From Mobula birostris (lineage: Eukaryota), in contig NC_092373.1 of NCBI RefSeq assembly GCF_030028105.1, forward strand, positions 95,992,062 to 96,056,061: a DNA stretch of 64,000 nt. The letters run 5' to 3'. Made by a program: the position numbers and the translations under genes. The notes beneath the pieces are model-generated. The model searched no databases, was not told where the DNA came from, and saw only the letters and a list, made by a program, of their open reading frames with translations. Position 1 is the first letter of the stretch; the number at the start of each line of letters is the position of its first letter. Shown one piece after another: positions 1 to 13,461 of the stretch.

Positions 1-145
1 TCAGGTTGGAGGCGATCGAAATGGAATATAAGGTGTTGTTCCTCCAACCTAAGTGTGGCCTCATCACCACAGTGGATATCAGAATGGGAATGTGAAGTGG
101 AATTAAAATAGTTGGCCACTGGGGGATCCCACTTTTTCTGGCTTT
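1..145 (-). mobile_element. Penelope-like element fragment (GIY-YIG C-terminal region)
   Basis: Reverse strand reads ...LRLEEQHLIFHFDRLQP, same as the Penelope end at 59450-59510. Confidence 0.65.
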
Positions 146-149
146 TTGG

Positions 150-1058
150 CAAAGTTTGCAGATATTATGAAGGTAGGTGGAGGGGTAGGTAGCGTTGAGG
201 AAGCAATGCAATTGTAGAAGGACTTGGCCAAATTGGAAGAATGGGCAAAAAAGTGGTAGATGGAATACAGTGTTGGGAAATGCATGATAATGTATTTTGG
301 TATAAGGAACAATAGTGCAGAGTATTATCTAAGTGGGGAGAAAATTCAAACATCAGAGCTGCAGAAGGACTTAGTCCTCATGCAAGATTCCTGGAGTCTG
401 TGGTAAAGAAGGCAAGTACAATGTTGGCATTTGTTTCAAGGGCAATAGAATATGAAAGCAAGAAGATACTGCTGAGGTTTTATAAGACACTAGTCTGCCA
501 CACTTGGAGTATTGTCAATAGTTTTGGGCCCCATATCTCTGTAAGGATGTGTTGTCATTGGAGAGAGTCCAGAGGAGGTTCACGAGAATGATCCCAACAA
601 TGAAGGGGTTAACATATGAGGAGCATTTGGCGGTTTTGGGCTTGTACTCACTGGAATTTAGAAGAATGCACAGAGATCTCATTGAAACCTACTGAATGTT
701 GAAAGGACTATCTAAGGTGGATGCGATGATGATGTTTCCTCTGGAGAGGGTATCCAGAACTAGAGGGCACAGCTTCAAAATTGAGGGGTGATCTTTTAGA
801 ACAGAGGTAAGGAGGAATTGTTTTAGCCAGAAAGTAGTGAATCTGTGGAATGCTCTACCACAGTCTGCAGTGCAGGCCAAGTCTGTGGGTATATTGAAGT
901 GGAAGTTGATCGTTTCCTGATTGGTCAAGGCATCAAAGGATATGCAAGAAGGCAGGTGCATGGGGTTGAGTGGGATCTGGGATCAGCCTTGATGAAATGG
1001 CAGAGCAGACTCAATGGGCTGAATGGCCTAATTCTGCTCCTGTGTCTCATGGTCTTGT
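150..1058 (+). mobile_element. CR1/HER1-type LINE 3' fragment
   Basis: Degenerate RT C-terminus (VVKKASTMLAFVSRAIEY...) and typical tail gggctgaatggcctaattctgctcctgtgtctcatggtct. Confidence 0.85.
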
Positions 1059-1345
1059 ACTGAAGTGCCAACACAATGGTTCTTTTAACCCTTTACTGTT
1101 TTATTTTAATTCTGCTTACTCAATGTTCAGAAGAGGCTTCCATAAAACCCAAGCATTCTCTTTGATTCTCAACTATTGATGCGTTTATAATTATGAAGCT
1201 TAGTCCTAATTAACCTGTCTTAAAATCCCATTTAAGTTGTTCTCAGAAATGTCAGTGGAACATTCAATGTTAAAGCTACTTTATAAACACAAGTTATTAT
1301 TTGTTGTGGGAATTATTTTGCTGATGATAGATTCTTCTTCCACAG

Positions 1346-1450
1346 CAAAAAGCTTACGGGCAGGCCCTGATGGATGAAATCTGCCAACGCCTCAACCTCG
1401 TTGAAAATGATTACTTCGGACTGGAGTTCCAGAACAATCGGGGGAATGAG
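1346..1450 (+). CDS. FARP2: FARP2 coding exon (FERM F1 lobe: QKAYGQALMDEICQRLNLVENDYFGLEFQNNRGNE); upstream exons lie outside the window
   Basis: ttcttcttccacag acceptor, GAG|gtatgt donor, 105 nt phase 0-0; LNLVExDYFGLEF FERM motif. Confidence 0.93.
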
Positions 1451-2470
1451 GTATGTAGATCGAAGGAGACAAGTCCCTTAGTTGGACGTAGTGTGCTAAT
1501 GGTGTTGGTGGGGTTTAATGATTATATGCAAGAACCTTGTGCTTAATTTTGTGATGGGTACCTTTGTGTGACTGCTATTTGATTTCTTTTGTTGGGGGTA
1601 TAGAGCATTGTTGTCATATGTGGTTTATTCTGTTAGTTTTTTTTTGTTTTCAAGTATCTTCCTGTGTCATTTTGCTAATTCCTTTTCCTCTGACATTAGA
1701 AAATGAGAAAGTGATCCACTATACTGCTTTAAAAAGGATCAGTACTCATTTGTGGTTATAACAATAGAATTATAGGAAACAGACAAAGTCAGGGCAATGG
1801 TCGTTAGTGGAATGCTGTTAGACTGCAAAGGGGCAAGAAGTTGACATCCATGAGAACCTGTGTATATTTTGAGTTGAATGGGGCTTTGGCTTCTAGCATG
1901 TTCTTTCTCTTAGACTTTGTGCCTACGATCTGACAATTTTTCTGTCATCTGTCTGCTCCAGTAGTGCAGAAGAGAGCACCAACTGCAACAAAATAATGTA
2001 ATAAATACTGAAGATTAATATACTGAAAGCTTGCCATAGGTTGGTCACAGGAATCTCTGGAACATTGATACAGAAAACATTGCAACCAGGAAATCAGTCA
2101 TGAAATTTTAAGTTTTACTGTACAGAATGGAGCACTGATTGTGTTGTAGCAGTGCTGGCCATTGTAGCACTACCATTAGCCCTTGTGCAAAACCCTGCAA
2201 AAGAGACTTGATGTCCTCGTTCCGAAGATGCATTGTTTTGTTCCAGACCCTTAAATACAAGTTATGGTAATCTTTTTATAACTTTCCCTATAGAAGTTAA
2301 AATACTAGAAAGGGGTGCTGAGGTATGGAATAGCTTAAACAGGGGAAGTTTGTAAAGGGAAAGTTCTTCACATTTATTCATCTTGTATTTTCCTGCATGA
2401 TCTGGACAGAGGCAGTTCTGTGTATGACAGCAATAAGACATGCAGCATGGGCAGTTATTTTAGATGTCAC

Positions 2471-2706
2471 TGTTGTGTAGTTAATATTTCAGTAGTATTT
2501 GAGTAATATTGTAAATGTATTGTTTAAGCATTCTTGTTTGTTTAAATAATTATGGGTTATATGCTGAAATAGATGAATTACATATGTCATGACACTACCA
2601 AGTCATGCATGTGCAGGTCACTTAAAGTAAAATGAAGTACACATTTATCTCCTGGCTGCTTGCTTTCCTTTCAATTAGTTTTATGTTTTGGAGTTCTAAA
2701 ACACAA
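2471..2706 (+). mobile_element. Probable degenerate solo LTR (Gypsy-like)
   Basis: Starts TGTTGT, ends ...AAAACACA(A); flanks gtcac/gtcag resemble a TSD; AT-rich. Confidence 0.45.
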
Positions 2707-3211
2707 GTCAGCAGTGCTAGATCAGTGTAAGATATATAAAGCATATTTCTTTAGACAATTAAACCATTTAATTTGAATTGCCTTAAATTTAGAAAGCAAG
2801 CCTAAAAGATATCTCATCTGTTAATAGTCTGAGATTTAATCAAAAATTGGATTAGTGACCTGTTAATTGAAAATAGTTCACTGCTATCATCTATCTTTAT
2901 CTGTGTACTTATGCACATTTTATTCCATATCCGTAATTTAACCTCTTTATTTTCATATTCTTTATAATGTGTATTGTTGAATGTTTTTGTTTCATGCCAC
3001 GCCAATACACCTCAGCAAATTTCTAATACATGAAATGTATATGGTGAATAAAGTTCATCTTTGAATACAATCTTTGAACATTATTCTACCTCATGCTGAT
3101 GTTGAGAATGCTTGGTAGTTTTCACTTGAATATCCTATGCTTTCACTGATGTACTGCCATGTTATTTAAAGGTGAAGTTGTGCTTTTTTAAACTAAGTCT
3201 AAAGTGGCATG

Positions 3212-3520
3212 TACAACGCATAAAATGCTGGAGGAACTCAGCAGGTCAGGCAGCATCAATGAGGGAATTGAAAACCCTTCATTAGGACTGGAAAGAAAGC
3301 GGGCAGAAACCTGAATGAAAACATGGGGTATGTGGAGGAGTAGGAGTTGATGGGTAATAGGTGAATCCAGGTGAGTGGAGAAGTAGGAATGATGTGAGAA
3401 GCAGGCAGGTGATAAGTAGAAGAGGCAAAGATGGAATATGATAGAGGACAGTGGACCATGGAGTAATAGGAAGGAGGTGGAGAATCATAGAAGGGGAAGC
3501 GTGGGTGATGGGAAGTGTCT
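3212..3520 (-). mobile_element. Penelope 3'/pseudo-LTR fragment with a deleted hammerhead remnant
   Basis: aaaatgctggaggaactcagcaggtcaggcagcatc arm, cccttcattaggactgg remnant and purine-rich tract shared with 58898-59300. Confidence 0.7.
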
Positions 3521-4129
3521 AAAGTCACCCAACTTGAAACACATGGGTGTTCACCACTTAATAAAAGCAGACGGGCTGAACAGTGCACTGAGTGCATCAG
3601 TGGCTCACCTTTCAAAAGAAGCTACTACAGAACTAACTGCACAGCCCTCACTTGCTGCACTAGGCTGTGGCGATGACTCACTATTGGACAATAGTCTGAG
3701 CTGCTGAGACAGGCAGAGTCAGTCTGAATGTGGACAAGACAGTCATCTGGAGAGTGATGGAGAATCTGGGAAGGTAGCAAGAAGAACTGGAGAAACAGTA
3801 ACAAATTGCAGAACACCATGGGCTCATGCTACAGCCAGAATCAGTGATCTCCAGGAAACCGAGCCAAGAACCTATTGACACTTCAGAAGAATTAGACCCA
3901 GATACAGCTGTACATTCAGGGCCAGCACCGTGGGCTGCTGGTTCCAGCACACCCACAACAGAGCACGGCAGGGACCCAGCTGAGCACTTACCAGATGTAG
4001 CTACTTCCCTGAACATCGAAAGACATGTTCTAGAAGAACAGAAGTTACTGGAAGCAGAGCCGGTGGATTTGTCGTGGAGTTAGTAGGAGGGGAAGTCAGC
4101 TTACCTGTGTAAACTCTTATTGACTGCGA

Positions 4130-4545
4130 TCATATTTCCAGCAACAGGAAATCCCAACTCCTGAAGGGACATACAGTTGTTCACATCTCAAGGACATTGC
4201 TGACAAAGTCCCCCCCCCCCCCACCTGACTTGCTGAGATTCTCCTGTTGCTTGGCAGAGACGCTGTCTGTGCATGTAAGTTATTTAGAGGAAGTGCAGTG
4301 CATTCCAAAGCAGGAACCACTTCTAATCCAAGGTTACTTAAGTGAACACTGTCCCTTTCGACATTGAGGGGCTACAGCAAGTTGGAGGACATAATAAGAA
4401 GGCACAACTCACTTCAGGGGTACCTCACACAGTCGTCATTCTGGATGAGCAATGTGTTACCAGACATGAACACAAAAAAAATGTCATCGAGGCTGACATT
4501 TTTGAAGCAAGAAAGGGTAAAGACTGCAGTAAGACTGGTTAAAGG
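4130..4545 (+). mobile_element. Degenerate LTR-retrotransposon internal fragment (BEL/Pao-like)
   Basis: Frameshifted translation QEIPTPE...SHLKDIADKVPP...AEILLLLGRD resembles BEL/Pao polyprotein. Confidence 0.5.
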
Positions 4546-6179
4546 AGAGTCTCTAAGACTCTCCGTTCTTTTGCCGAAGACTTAATGAAATGATCATTTG
4601 AATTTTAGTTTCAATAGTTAAGTTTGACATCATGGATGTCAGGCGTGGAGTATTCTGCTTCAAGAGGCGCTGTTTGATTTGTATGCAATTTGCTTTGTAC
4701 GAACATCACTTCCTGTTGGTAAGCTTTTTTTTTACATCATTTCCTGTGCGGATTAATTTGGATTTTGACTTGGAGCAAACGTGGGTAGAATGACATCCAT
4801 CTCCAACCACTTTTTATTTTCCCTTGAAACAGCAGTATCTGTGAGTCTTAAACTTTCTTAATATTGGTAAACATTTAACCATATAACAATTACAGCACGG
4901 AAACAGACCATCTCGGCCCTTCTAGTCCATGCCGAACGCTTACTCTCACCTAGTCCCACTGACCCGCACTCAGCCCATAACCCTCCATTCCTTTCCTGTC
5001 CCTATAGGTAATATATTTGATTGATGTGCAAGTAGTTTGAAGGAAGTACTACGTTTATCATTCATTGCTATTAAGCTATCGTTTCACCACAAGTTCGCTT
5101 TAGTCCATGGCATAACTACTGAATGTTGCATAATTGATGTCACTAGCCCTTTGAGGAGAGTACTCCAATGATATTCTCTGGGCCTGTTTTCTCTTGAGGA
5201 GTGAGAGGTGGTCTTATTGAAAATACTCGAAAAAAGCTTGATGCTATTCTGACATAGGCATTGAGAACCAGGTGTGTCTATCTGAAAACAAGGTCATTGA
5301 GAGGCCTGGGTGCCCTTGAAAGCAGTTATAGACCCAGTCTGCTTGTTGTCTCCTTATGACAAATCACCATGCCCAAGAATCAATGGTGAATCTTCACTGC
5401 ACTCCATTGTAAATATTTATTTCCTTGTGTATGGAGATCAGACGTAGCTAGTATAGCAGATGGGCACCTCACCAGAGCAACATAAAATTGGAGCAAGATG
5501 CCTCAAATTACATTTCAGTTTGAGCTAATGTACCATTTCAACTTCTTTTTCAATGTCTGCTGAGTTTGTGGCTTAGGCTTAATGTTTTAGGTTTGTTAGG
5601 ATGGGTTTTGGTATAATGTGGGAAGTTAGGGGTCAGGTTAGGGGTATGGAGTGTGAGGTTACATAAAGAATTAGGGAGGAGCGGGATGTTGGAGTTCAGG
5701 TCAGACTACTCTGAAGTCGGACGCCAGTGATCCCCAAGGGGTCCCCGAGACCTCTGACCTTGGCCTGAGAGCAAGGGCTGGTGATCCTTAAAGTCCTGAG
5801 TTTGGAGGCCTGTGATCAGCGAATCCTGGACTCGGAAGTCCAGAGGTTGATGAGTCCAGAGGTTGAAGACCCTTTCAGCAAGTCCAGAGGTTGGAGGCCC
5901 GATGTCTGAGAGTCTAGAGCGATTGTCTGGAGGTCAGAGGCCAGGAGGCAGCTTGTCCAAGGCTTGCATGCGTGGGTGAGGAGGGTGATGGAAAGGGGCT
6001 TGTTTTGTTGTAGCTTGTTGTAGCTGCGTGGGGAATTGTCATGTTGAGGCTGGAATGTGTGGTGAGATTTGTGTGCTGCACCCAGCATAGCCTCAAACTG
6101 TGGTTGTTAATGCAAATGATGCATTTTACTGTATGCTTTGATGTAATCTATCTCCTGGGCCTGAGGTTCTGACCTCCTT

Positions 6180-7060
6180 CAAAAAGATATCTGCTGTGTG
6201 GGTGCCCAAGAAGAGCATGGTTGGACTTGCATCACCCGTAATTAATTGCTATACACACATGACTGCATGGCTAAGCACAGCTTCAATGCCATATACAAAT
6301 TCACTGACTGTTGTTGGACAATTACTGGGTGATCAGTTGGTGTATGTGATCGAGATACTGTATGTTAGCTGGTTGAGTAGTACTACAACAACAATCCCTT
6401 AGTGTTAGTAAAACTAAATAAATGGTTGTTGACTACAGGAAGAAATTTATGCCGGCATCTTTGGTTTCATTGAATGTTAACGAAGTTTGCCATGTCACGC
6501 ACATGCCAACAGATTTCTACAGGTGTACAGTTGAAATTATCCTGATTGGTTGCATTGTGGCCTGGTACAAATCAAATGTGCAGGAACGCAACTAGCTGCA
6601 GACAGTACTGGGCTTGGCCAATTACATTACTGGCACATTCTTTCCCACGATAGATAGTGTCTACATGAGATCCTACCTCAAGAAGGCAACATTTTATTGA
6701 AGATTTCCACCACCTGGGCATGCCATCTCACTGTTACCAGGAGGCCTGAAGTTCCATAATAACAGGTTCAAAAGCAGCTATTTCCCTTCAATCATTAAAT
6801 TCTTAAATAAACCTTCACAATTCTAATCACTATCTCAGCAACACTATGACCACTTTGCACAAAGAATTTTGCTTTTTTTGTCTAATTGTATTCTTGTGTA
6901 ATTTTGTATATAATGTTTGTTCTGTACAAAATTAGAATGTAAATGTATAATGGATGCTTTTCTTATGAATATTGTCTGATGCTACGTGCAAATAAGTTTT
7001 CATTAGACCTATGTATGCATGTATTTGTTTACTGTCATATGCATAATTTTTAACTTGATT
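6180..7060 (+). mobile_element. Degenerate Rex1/Babar-type LINE 3' fragments
   Basis: Remnants of FYRCTVEIILIGCIVAW and RFKSSYFPS motifs; AT-rich 3' UTR. Confidence 0.6.
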
Positions 7061-7738
7061 TACCTTCCATATACTCAAACCTCAAGTACATACAGTGTCT
7101 TGAAAATTTCAAAAGTATTCCTCCCCCACAACTATTTTTACATTTTACTGTCTCATTTTCTAAATTTAAAACCTATTTTAAACCTATTGATGTAAGATTT
7201 TTTGAACTAATTATGTATCAGGTCAAATCAAAATAAAACTTCCAAATCCTGTCAACAATTTATTAAAAATTAAAAACCAAAATTGAGTCCAGATTTTGTA
7301 ATTACTCCGCTAACTCTCCTCAGGTACAATATACGTGCTACCTTACCAACTCACCCAATTTATTGATGCAGAAAATTGGAGAATCACCTGTTTTCATAAG
7401 ATTCATAAATTCATACTCCTTCACTCTGAGGTCGAACAGTCTGGTAGATTTTCAATAGACCAAAATGAAGGCTAAACAGCATTCAAGACGAGTCAGGGAA
7501 ATGATTAATAGAGAAGCACATCTGGAGAAGGGTACAAAGCCACAGAACACCGCTCAGAGTTCAGTGCAGTCCACCGGGAAACAGTGGAAAACATATGAAA
7601 CCACAGCAAAACTGCCTCGATCAGATAGTCTCTCTAAACTTAGTTGCTGGAGAAGAATGGCACTTGTAAGCAAGGCTAGTAACACACACAAAATGCTGGA
7701 GGAACTCAGCAGGCCAGGCAGCATCTATGGAAGAATAT

Positions 7739-7774
7739 AGTCGATGTTTCAGGCCGAGACCCTTCAGCAGGACT
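7739..7774 (-). ncRNA. Degenerate minimal hammerhead ribozyme (core CUGCUGA, AUC triplet) in a Penelope-derived insert at about 7680-7785
   Basis: Reverse strand AGTC CTGCTGA AGGGTCTCGGCCT GAAAC ATC GACT; A6 mutated. Confidence 0.6.
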
Positions 7775-8232
7775 CTTCTCTTTTTTTATAAGAGGGGCCA
7801 CTCTGAGTAAGCTGCAGAAGTCAGTGGCTGCAACTGGAGATGAAGTTCATGGCTCCACACTCCCTAAGACTTTGCACAAAAAGGGTATTTAAGGAAGGGT
7901 GGCAAGGAAGAAGTCCCGGCTTAAAAATAAGCATATCCTTGCCCATAAAGACCTTGCAAAGCATCACTTAGAAGATACTGTACGGAAGTGGAAGAAGGTC
8001 TTGTGGTCAGATGAGACTAAAGTGGAACTTTTGGTTCTCAACACTAAGTGGTATTATGTGTGGCATAAATTTAATCCTGCGCATCAGCCAGGTAACACCA
8101 TCCCTACAGTAAATGTATGGTGAAAGTAGCATCATGCTGTGGGGATGCTCTTCAGCAGCAGAGTCTGGAAATCTGATCAGGATTGATGGGAAGATGAGTG
8201 TGCTGCTAAATGCAGAACGATCTGGATAAAAC

Positions 8233-8590
8233 GCAAACACGAGGAAATCTGCAAATAACACACATCAAAGTTGCTGGTGAATGCAACTTACTCTCTTACT
8301 CTCTTACTCTTACTATCTCTTACTAGCTCTTCCTTCAGTTAGTCCTGACAAAGGGTCTTGGCCCGAAACGTCGACTGTACCTCTTCCTAGAGATGCTGCC
8401 TGGCCTCCAGCAACTTTGATGTGTGTTGCTTGAATTTCCAGCATCTGCAGAATTCCTCGTGTTTGCATTTTGAAATCTCCAAATGCTGGAAATTCAAGCA
8501 ACCCACACAAAATGCTGGTGGAATGCAGCAGGCCAGACAGCATCCACAGGAAGAAGCACAGTCGATGTTTCAGGGCGAAACCCTTCGTCA
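8233..8590. mobile_element. Composite Penelope-derived hammerhead repeat insertion with 14-bp TSD
   Basis: gatctggataaaac at 8219-8232 and 8591-8604; internal inverted arms; hammerhead motifs on both strands; short (tactctct)n tract at about 8288-8325. Confidence 0.8.
8341..8376 (+). ncRNA. Minimal type I hammerhead motif with a G8-to-A core change
   Basis: AGTC CTGACAA AGGGTCTTGGCCC GAAAC GTC GACT. Confidence 0.65.
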
Positions 8591-8591
8591 G
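8560..8591 (-). ncRNA. 5'-truncated hammerhead motif
   Basis: Reverse strand CTGACGA AGGGTTTCGCCCT GAAAC ATC GACT; helix I 5' strand lost at the insertion edge. Confidence 0.55.
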
Positions 8592-10149
8592 ATCTGGATA
8601 AAACCTGCTAGCCTCTGCCAGAAAGCTTAAGCTGCAGAGGAAGTCCGTCTTTCAGCAGGACAGTGAGCCAAAGCGTACTGCCAGATCAACCACGGACTGG
8701 CTTCAGATGAAGAAAATTGACGTCCTTGACAGGCCCAGTCCTGACCTTAACCCAACCAAACATCGCTGGCAAGCGTCAAGATCGCTGTCTACTGCTGCTC
8801 CCCATCTAACCAAGCACAGCTTGAGCAATTTTACAAGGAGGAATTGGCAAATCTTGCCCCATTATGCTGTGCAAAGCTAATACAGACTTATCCAAAAAGA
8901 CTACTGGCTGTAATAGCTGTGAGAAGTGGTTCAACTAAGCACTGAGCAAAGGAGGATAAACACTTGAACTGCTGACACTTTTGTTTTTGAATTTTTAGTT
9001 TTTCATGGTTTACAGTTTTCCCTTTTTTGGGCTCTACTGTGGGAATGAAGAGAACATGTGATTCACAAATAAAAAATCTTGGTTAAATTGATCAAAATTC
9101 CTGGGTTGTAATACTCATTCTTGTGAACAAAGGATTGAGACTGAATGCCTTGACAAGGCACTGTATATGCTTGCTGTGTTTCAGTGACGAGTGTATGGGT
9201 TGTCATTTTCCAACCTGTGGAAGATGACAGCCAGTTCATTCATTATCTCTGAAACTGCAACCTTAAATCCTTGAATGCAGGTCATCAGGTCCAAGGTATG
9301 CCTTTCAGATCCAGTAATTCTCAGTACTAGTAATCGATGATTTCTTTCCATTCCTTATTTACCTGTAAAATGTAGTCCTCCACTATTGCTGGGAAGTTTC
9401 CTGTGTCTTATTTCATGAAGGGAACTTCTCTGTCCCCAGTATTTCTACTTGTCACAAAAGGGCCCATATTAATTTTTTTTGTATATCTGGAGAAATCTTT
9501 GCCTGCTTGATTTTTTTTTTCAGGCTTCCCTTGCGTTCTTCTACTTATCAGTGCCTTGGACTTCTGAATTCGAAACTTTTTCAACCCTGTTAGCTGCTTT
9601 TGGTAGCATTTTAATCCTTTTTTTGTCAACTAGATACTACTTTTAACTTTAGGTCTAGATCAGGAGTTTTGACATGGAAGATTGATGGTCTCTGCCCTCC
9701 AACTCTTCCCCCCCACCCCCAGAAATGCTGCCTGACCCACTGTTCCTCTAGATTCCAGCATCTGCAGTCTCTCATGTCACTAGTTCTAACTTGATGGCCT
9801 TGTTTACTTTTTGGCTATGTATCTAACTTGTAAACAATGTTTTTAAAATGTAGTTTCCCATTATACCAAAGACAGTGTCTCATAGCTTCATAGTTTTGTT
9901 CAAATTTAGGACTGTATAAAAATAAGTAATTTTAGTATTATAAGTTTTAAACCAAAGTTCTATCACTTTGTTCCCTTGGCTGCATGATTGTTATTTACTT
10001 TGTTCTTGTATTTCTTGTAGCACAGAATCTATTCGGTATGTTGAGCTCCTGCCAGTTCCTAGCCAGACAAGCATTTCTCTACCTTTCCTATAACCTCTCA
10101 CAAGGCCATCAACTCCTGTTTGATTCCTTATGCTACTTACTTATTTCGC

Positions 10150-10345
10150 AGGTAATTTATGGTAGCTAATTAATGTATCAGCACATCGTTGTGGGAAATA
10201 ATGGGAACATCTGGGGGAGATCCGACATAGTCAGAGGGAGAATGTGCAAACAGAGCAGCAGTAGACACTACCAGGAGACGGTTGAATTCTGGTCCTTGGA
10301 GCTTTGAGACAGCAGCACTAACCGCTACACACTCTGCCTCCTTGT
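10150..10345 (-). mobile_element. Degenerate HE1-like tRNA-derived V-SINE
   Basis: Reverse strand has a tRNA-like head (gtgtagcggttagtgctgctgtctca) and V-domain remnant (tttgcacattctccctctgac). Confidence 0.6.
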
Positions 10346-11819
10346 GACCATATTGCTGGCAAGTGACTGCTGCAGTGGAAGAAGCTGCAGGTTGGTGGAC
10401 AGTAGTTTTGGTAGTTTGTATTGAAATGTGCAGTTGGAATGTGTGGCATACTCCTTATTGTGGTATGAGCTTTCTGCTCCAAACCTGTCGAAATTAGATT
10501 TTGAGGAAACTTGTTCTGCTTATTCTGAAACATTCAGCATTACACTTTAAATTTTATATAATTGTGCTTGTGCTGCCAACAAATTGGACTTTTGATATGG
10601 TAAGATTTGCATGTAATACCTGATGTATGGGCTAAGGATGTACAACTGAATATTTCCATACAATAACATTTGACTTAGAAAGTTGCATTCAGCTGATAGA
10701 GTCAGCTAAAGAACAAACCCTTTCTGGAGCAGGCAAGCTAGAATAATTGCAGTTAATCTGTTTTAAAAACAAAAGCACACAATATAGGAGAATTTATCAC
10801 TGAAGCTATGGAGGGAAGCAGGGCTTTGCATTTCAACTGCATGCTTCAAAGGAATTGAGATGACTTTCACAAGATTTGAATATCTTCAGCCAAGTTATAA
10901 TTGAAGATCTGAGAAAGTGACTTTCTAACAATACATTTCCGGAAGAATCTTGTTTAGTTTGGTATACAAATGTGAAAAACAATGGCACAGTTTGCAGCTG
11001 CCTCTTTTATTTGCAAATGGTCCATGATACCTTACACATTTCCTGATTGTTGTTCTTGTATGGCACTGAATATTGTCATGTTGCAATGACAGAGGTGACT
11101 AAAAGAACGTACCTGATTTCTGGCGTGTCTTGCTCCTTGATGTACAAAATCTTGTTTTAGCATCTGTTTTTGTTTACTAATCGTACTGAATTTTAGTATT
11201 GGAACAAGCCAATAAGGTGTTTTTGCCTAGTTAAGTGATTTTAGATTTTTTTAACTGACTCTGACCAATCCTGTTGTGATCAGTGATAGTGAAATGAATT
11301 AGCTAACTTGACCTTAAATGAGATGGCTTGGAGCCATGACCGTTGGCCAACTTTTATTTTTTGGGTCTTTGTAGAGGAGGCTGGAGTGCACAGAATGGTG
11401 CTGTGAGGTACGATGCAAGTGATCATAATGTTAATTGGTTGGTTCTGTTGTATTAACAGCAGACACTATCAGTACACTATTTTGTGCTGCAAATGTATTT
11501 TCTCTGGGTGAACTTCAGTATTTTGCCAAAATTATGATGTAGGTACATCTGATTGAGGTCTCTGGTGACCAGCAACAGTAATAATCAACCTTTCACAGTG
11601 AAGAATTGTCACACACAGCACCCTAGAAGTAACAAGCAGATTTTTTTCACATTTCTCCCAAACCAAGATAAAGGTTAAGAAATACAGATGAGATTTGGAT
11701 AGAAGTTGTAATAATCAAAGGGAGCATACAGCACTATTTTTAAAAAAATTCCTCTTCTCAAAGAAGGCTTTATTGTATGACTGCTTATACAGTGAAAGCA
11801 GTAGATAAAAAGATAATAA

Positions 11820-12240
11820 ACCAAAAGACACAAGCAGAAATAAGCTATTTGGAGTCTGCTGCACTATTCCATCTTGACTGATTTGTTATTCATCTCAACC
11901 CCATTTTCCTGCCTTCTCCCCATTACCTTTAATTCCCTTACTAATTAGGAACTTATCAACCTCATATTTAAATATACCAAATGATTCTGTTTCTACAGCT
12001 GTCTGTGGCAATGAATTCCACAGATTCACCACCCTCTGGCTAAAGAAATTCCTCCTCATCTCTGTTCTAAAGAGACATCTTTTTGTTCCAAGGCTGTGTT
12101 TTCTGGTCCTAGACTCCCCCCCACTATACAAACCATTCTCCCGACATTTGCTGTATCCAGGCCTTTCAATATTCATTAGGTTTCAATAAGATTCTCCCCT
12201 CATTCATCTAAACTCCAGCGTGTTCAGGCTAAGAGCCATC
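11820..12240 (-). mobile_element. CR1/HER1 LINE 3' fragment
   Basis: ORF 11895..12176 FRTEMRRNFFSQRVVNLWNSLPQ. Confidence 0.85.
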
Positions 12241-12249
12241 AGACCCAGT

Positions 12250-12915
12250 GGCCCAATGAGCAGCAGGAGCAGAGCAGAGCAAGGAGGTTTCTCACAGGTC
12301 ATTGATGCTTGTTTACAAGTGCTGAAGGGACAGGTGAGGCAGCCATTGTTGGAGCAGGCCAGTGGTGAGAGGAGTATTGGGTTTTGGCTTGAAAGAGGTG
12401 TTGGTTGTGGGTAAGTTTCTGTTAATGTTCCCATTTTTCCTCTTGCTGTACCTAGTGAAGTAAATGGTCATTGTGTGTTCTTCATGCTGGGTGTTGGAGT
12501 CCTGGGAGACCCAGAGTCTACCAGGGAACTACATCTGCATGAAGTGCATCCAGCTGCAGCTCCTTGAAGACCATGTTGGGCCAGTCTTTGTCCAAGTTAG
12601 TACCTATCCTTTACTAGCATGTTAAGCAGCCTCATTTGCCTCCTTTCTTAAGTAGTGGGCTGACATCCAACCCTCTTCTGAAACTATTCCAGATTCTGCC
12701 GATTCTTGAAAGATCTGTGGGGGCCAATATTTATGTATATTTAAGGCAGAGCTTGATAGGTTCTTGATTTGTCAGGGCACAAAGTGATATGGCAGGCGGG
12801 GAGCTGGAGGCAGGATATTGGGGCTGAGAGGGAAATTGGATCAGCCATGATGAAATGGCAAAGCAGACTCAATGGACCAAATGGACTAATTCTGCTCCTA
12901 TATCTTATGGTCTTA
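12250..12915 (+). mobile_element. CR1 fragments (ORF1 N-terminal CxxC region and a 3' tail)
   Basis: VCSSCW...YICMKCIQLQLLE zinc-finger remnant at about 12470-12570; CR1 tail at 12715-12915. Confidence 0.65.
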
Positions 12916-13461
12916 TCTCTACTAATGTTTACACAATCTCTTCAGCTACCTCTTTCAGAATCCTGGGGTGTAGTCCATCTGGTCCAGGTGACATCTACCT
13001 CCGGACCTTTCAGCTGTTAATGTTCTGATAAGTTTCTTTTGGCCAATGCTTTAACAGTGCAGGTTGTGGAGACTTCTGGTGTCATAGATGATGGCCTCTG
13101 GGTTTCACCATTTATGCATGCAGCAGAGTTAAAGCCCATTTTACTCAAATGATGGTAGGTGTTAAGTTTTGCCCTCATTATGATAATATAATGTGTCAGT
13201 GAGTCCATTGTGTATGTGCATATATGTACATGTGTGTATTTTCAGACATGGCTAAGGTAATGTTGCATGCAATTCCACTTATAATGTTTGTACATTTTCA
13301 ACATTTCATGGTACATGCAATACCATAAAGCACTAATAGGACAAAATTACATTAGATCATATGCTGTCCTCTAAATGGATAATGCAAAATTGGCATTTCA
13401 TTTTCATTTTTTTTATTTTGAATTTGCTTTTTAGTTCATTCCATGTTTTCTTTTCATTTAG

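Larger units (their letters stand above)
7093..9163 (+). mobile_element. Tc1/mariner DNA transposon (defective), carrying two nested hammerhead-repeat insertions
   Basis: TA-CAGTGTCTTG...CAAGGCACTG-TA termini; transposase remnants (ARKK..LK..H, WKKVLWSDETKVEL, FQQD, SPDLNP). Confidence 0.88.

Noticed and set aside
3438-4083. ORFs 3438..3707 and 3826..4083 as novel exons
   Set aside because: No convincing in-phase splice sites; the FARP2 FERM chain is complete without them; context is LTR-retrotransposon debris
7680-8604. CRISPR-like array or prokaryotic system
   Set aside because: Repeats are dispersed or inverted TE arms without regular spacers; the window is spliced eukaryotic DNA
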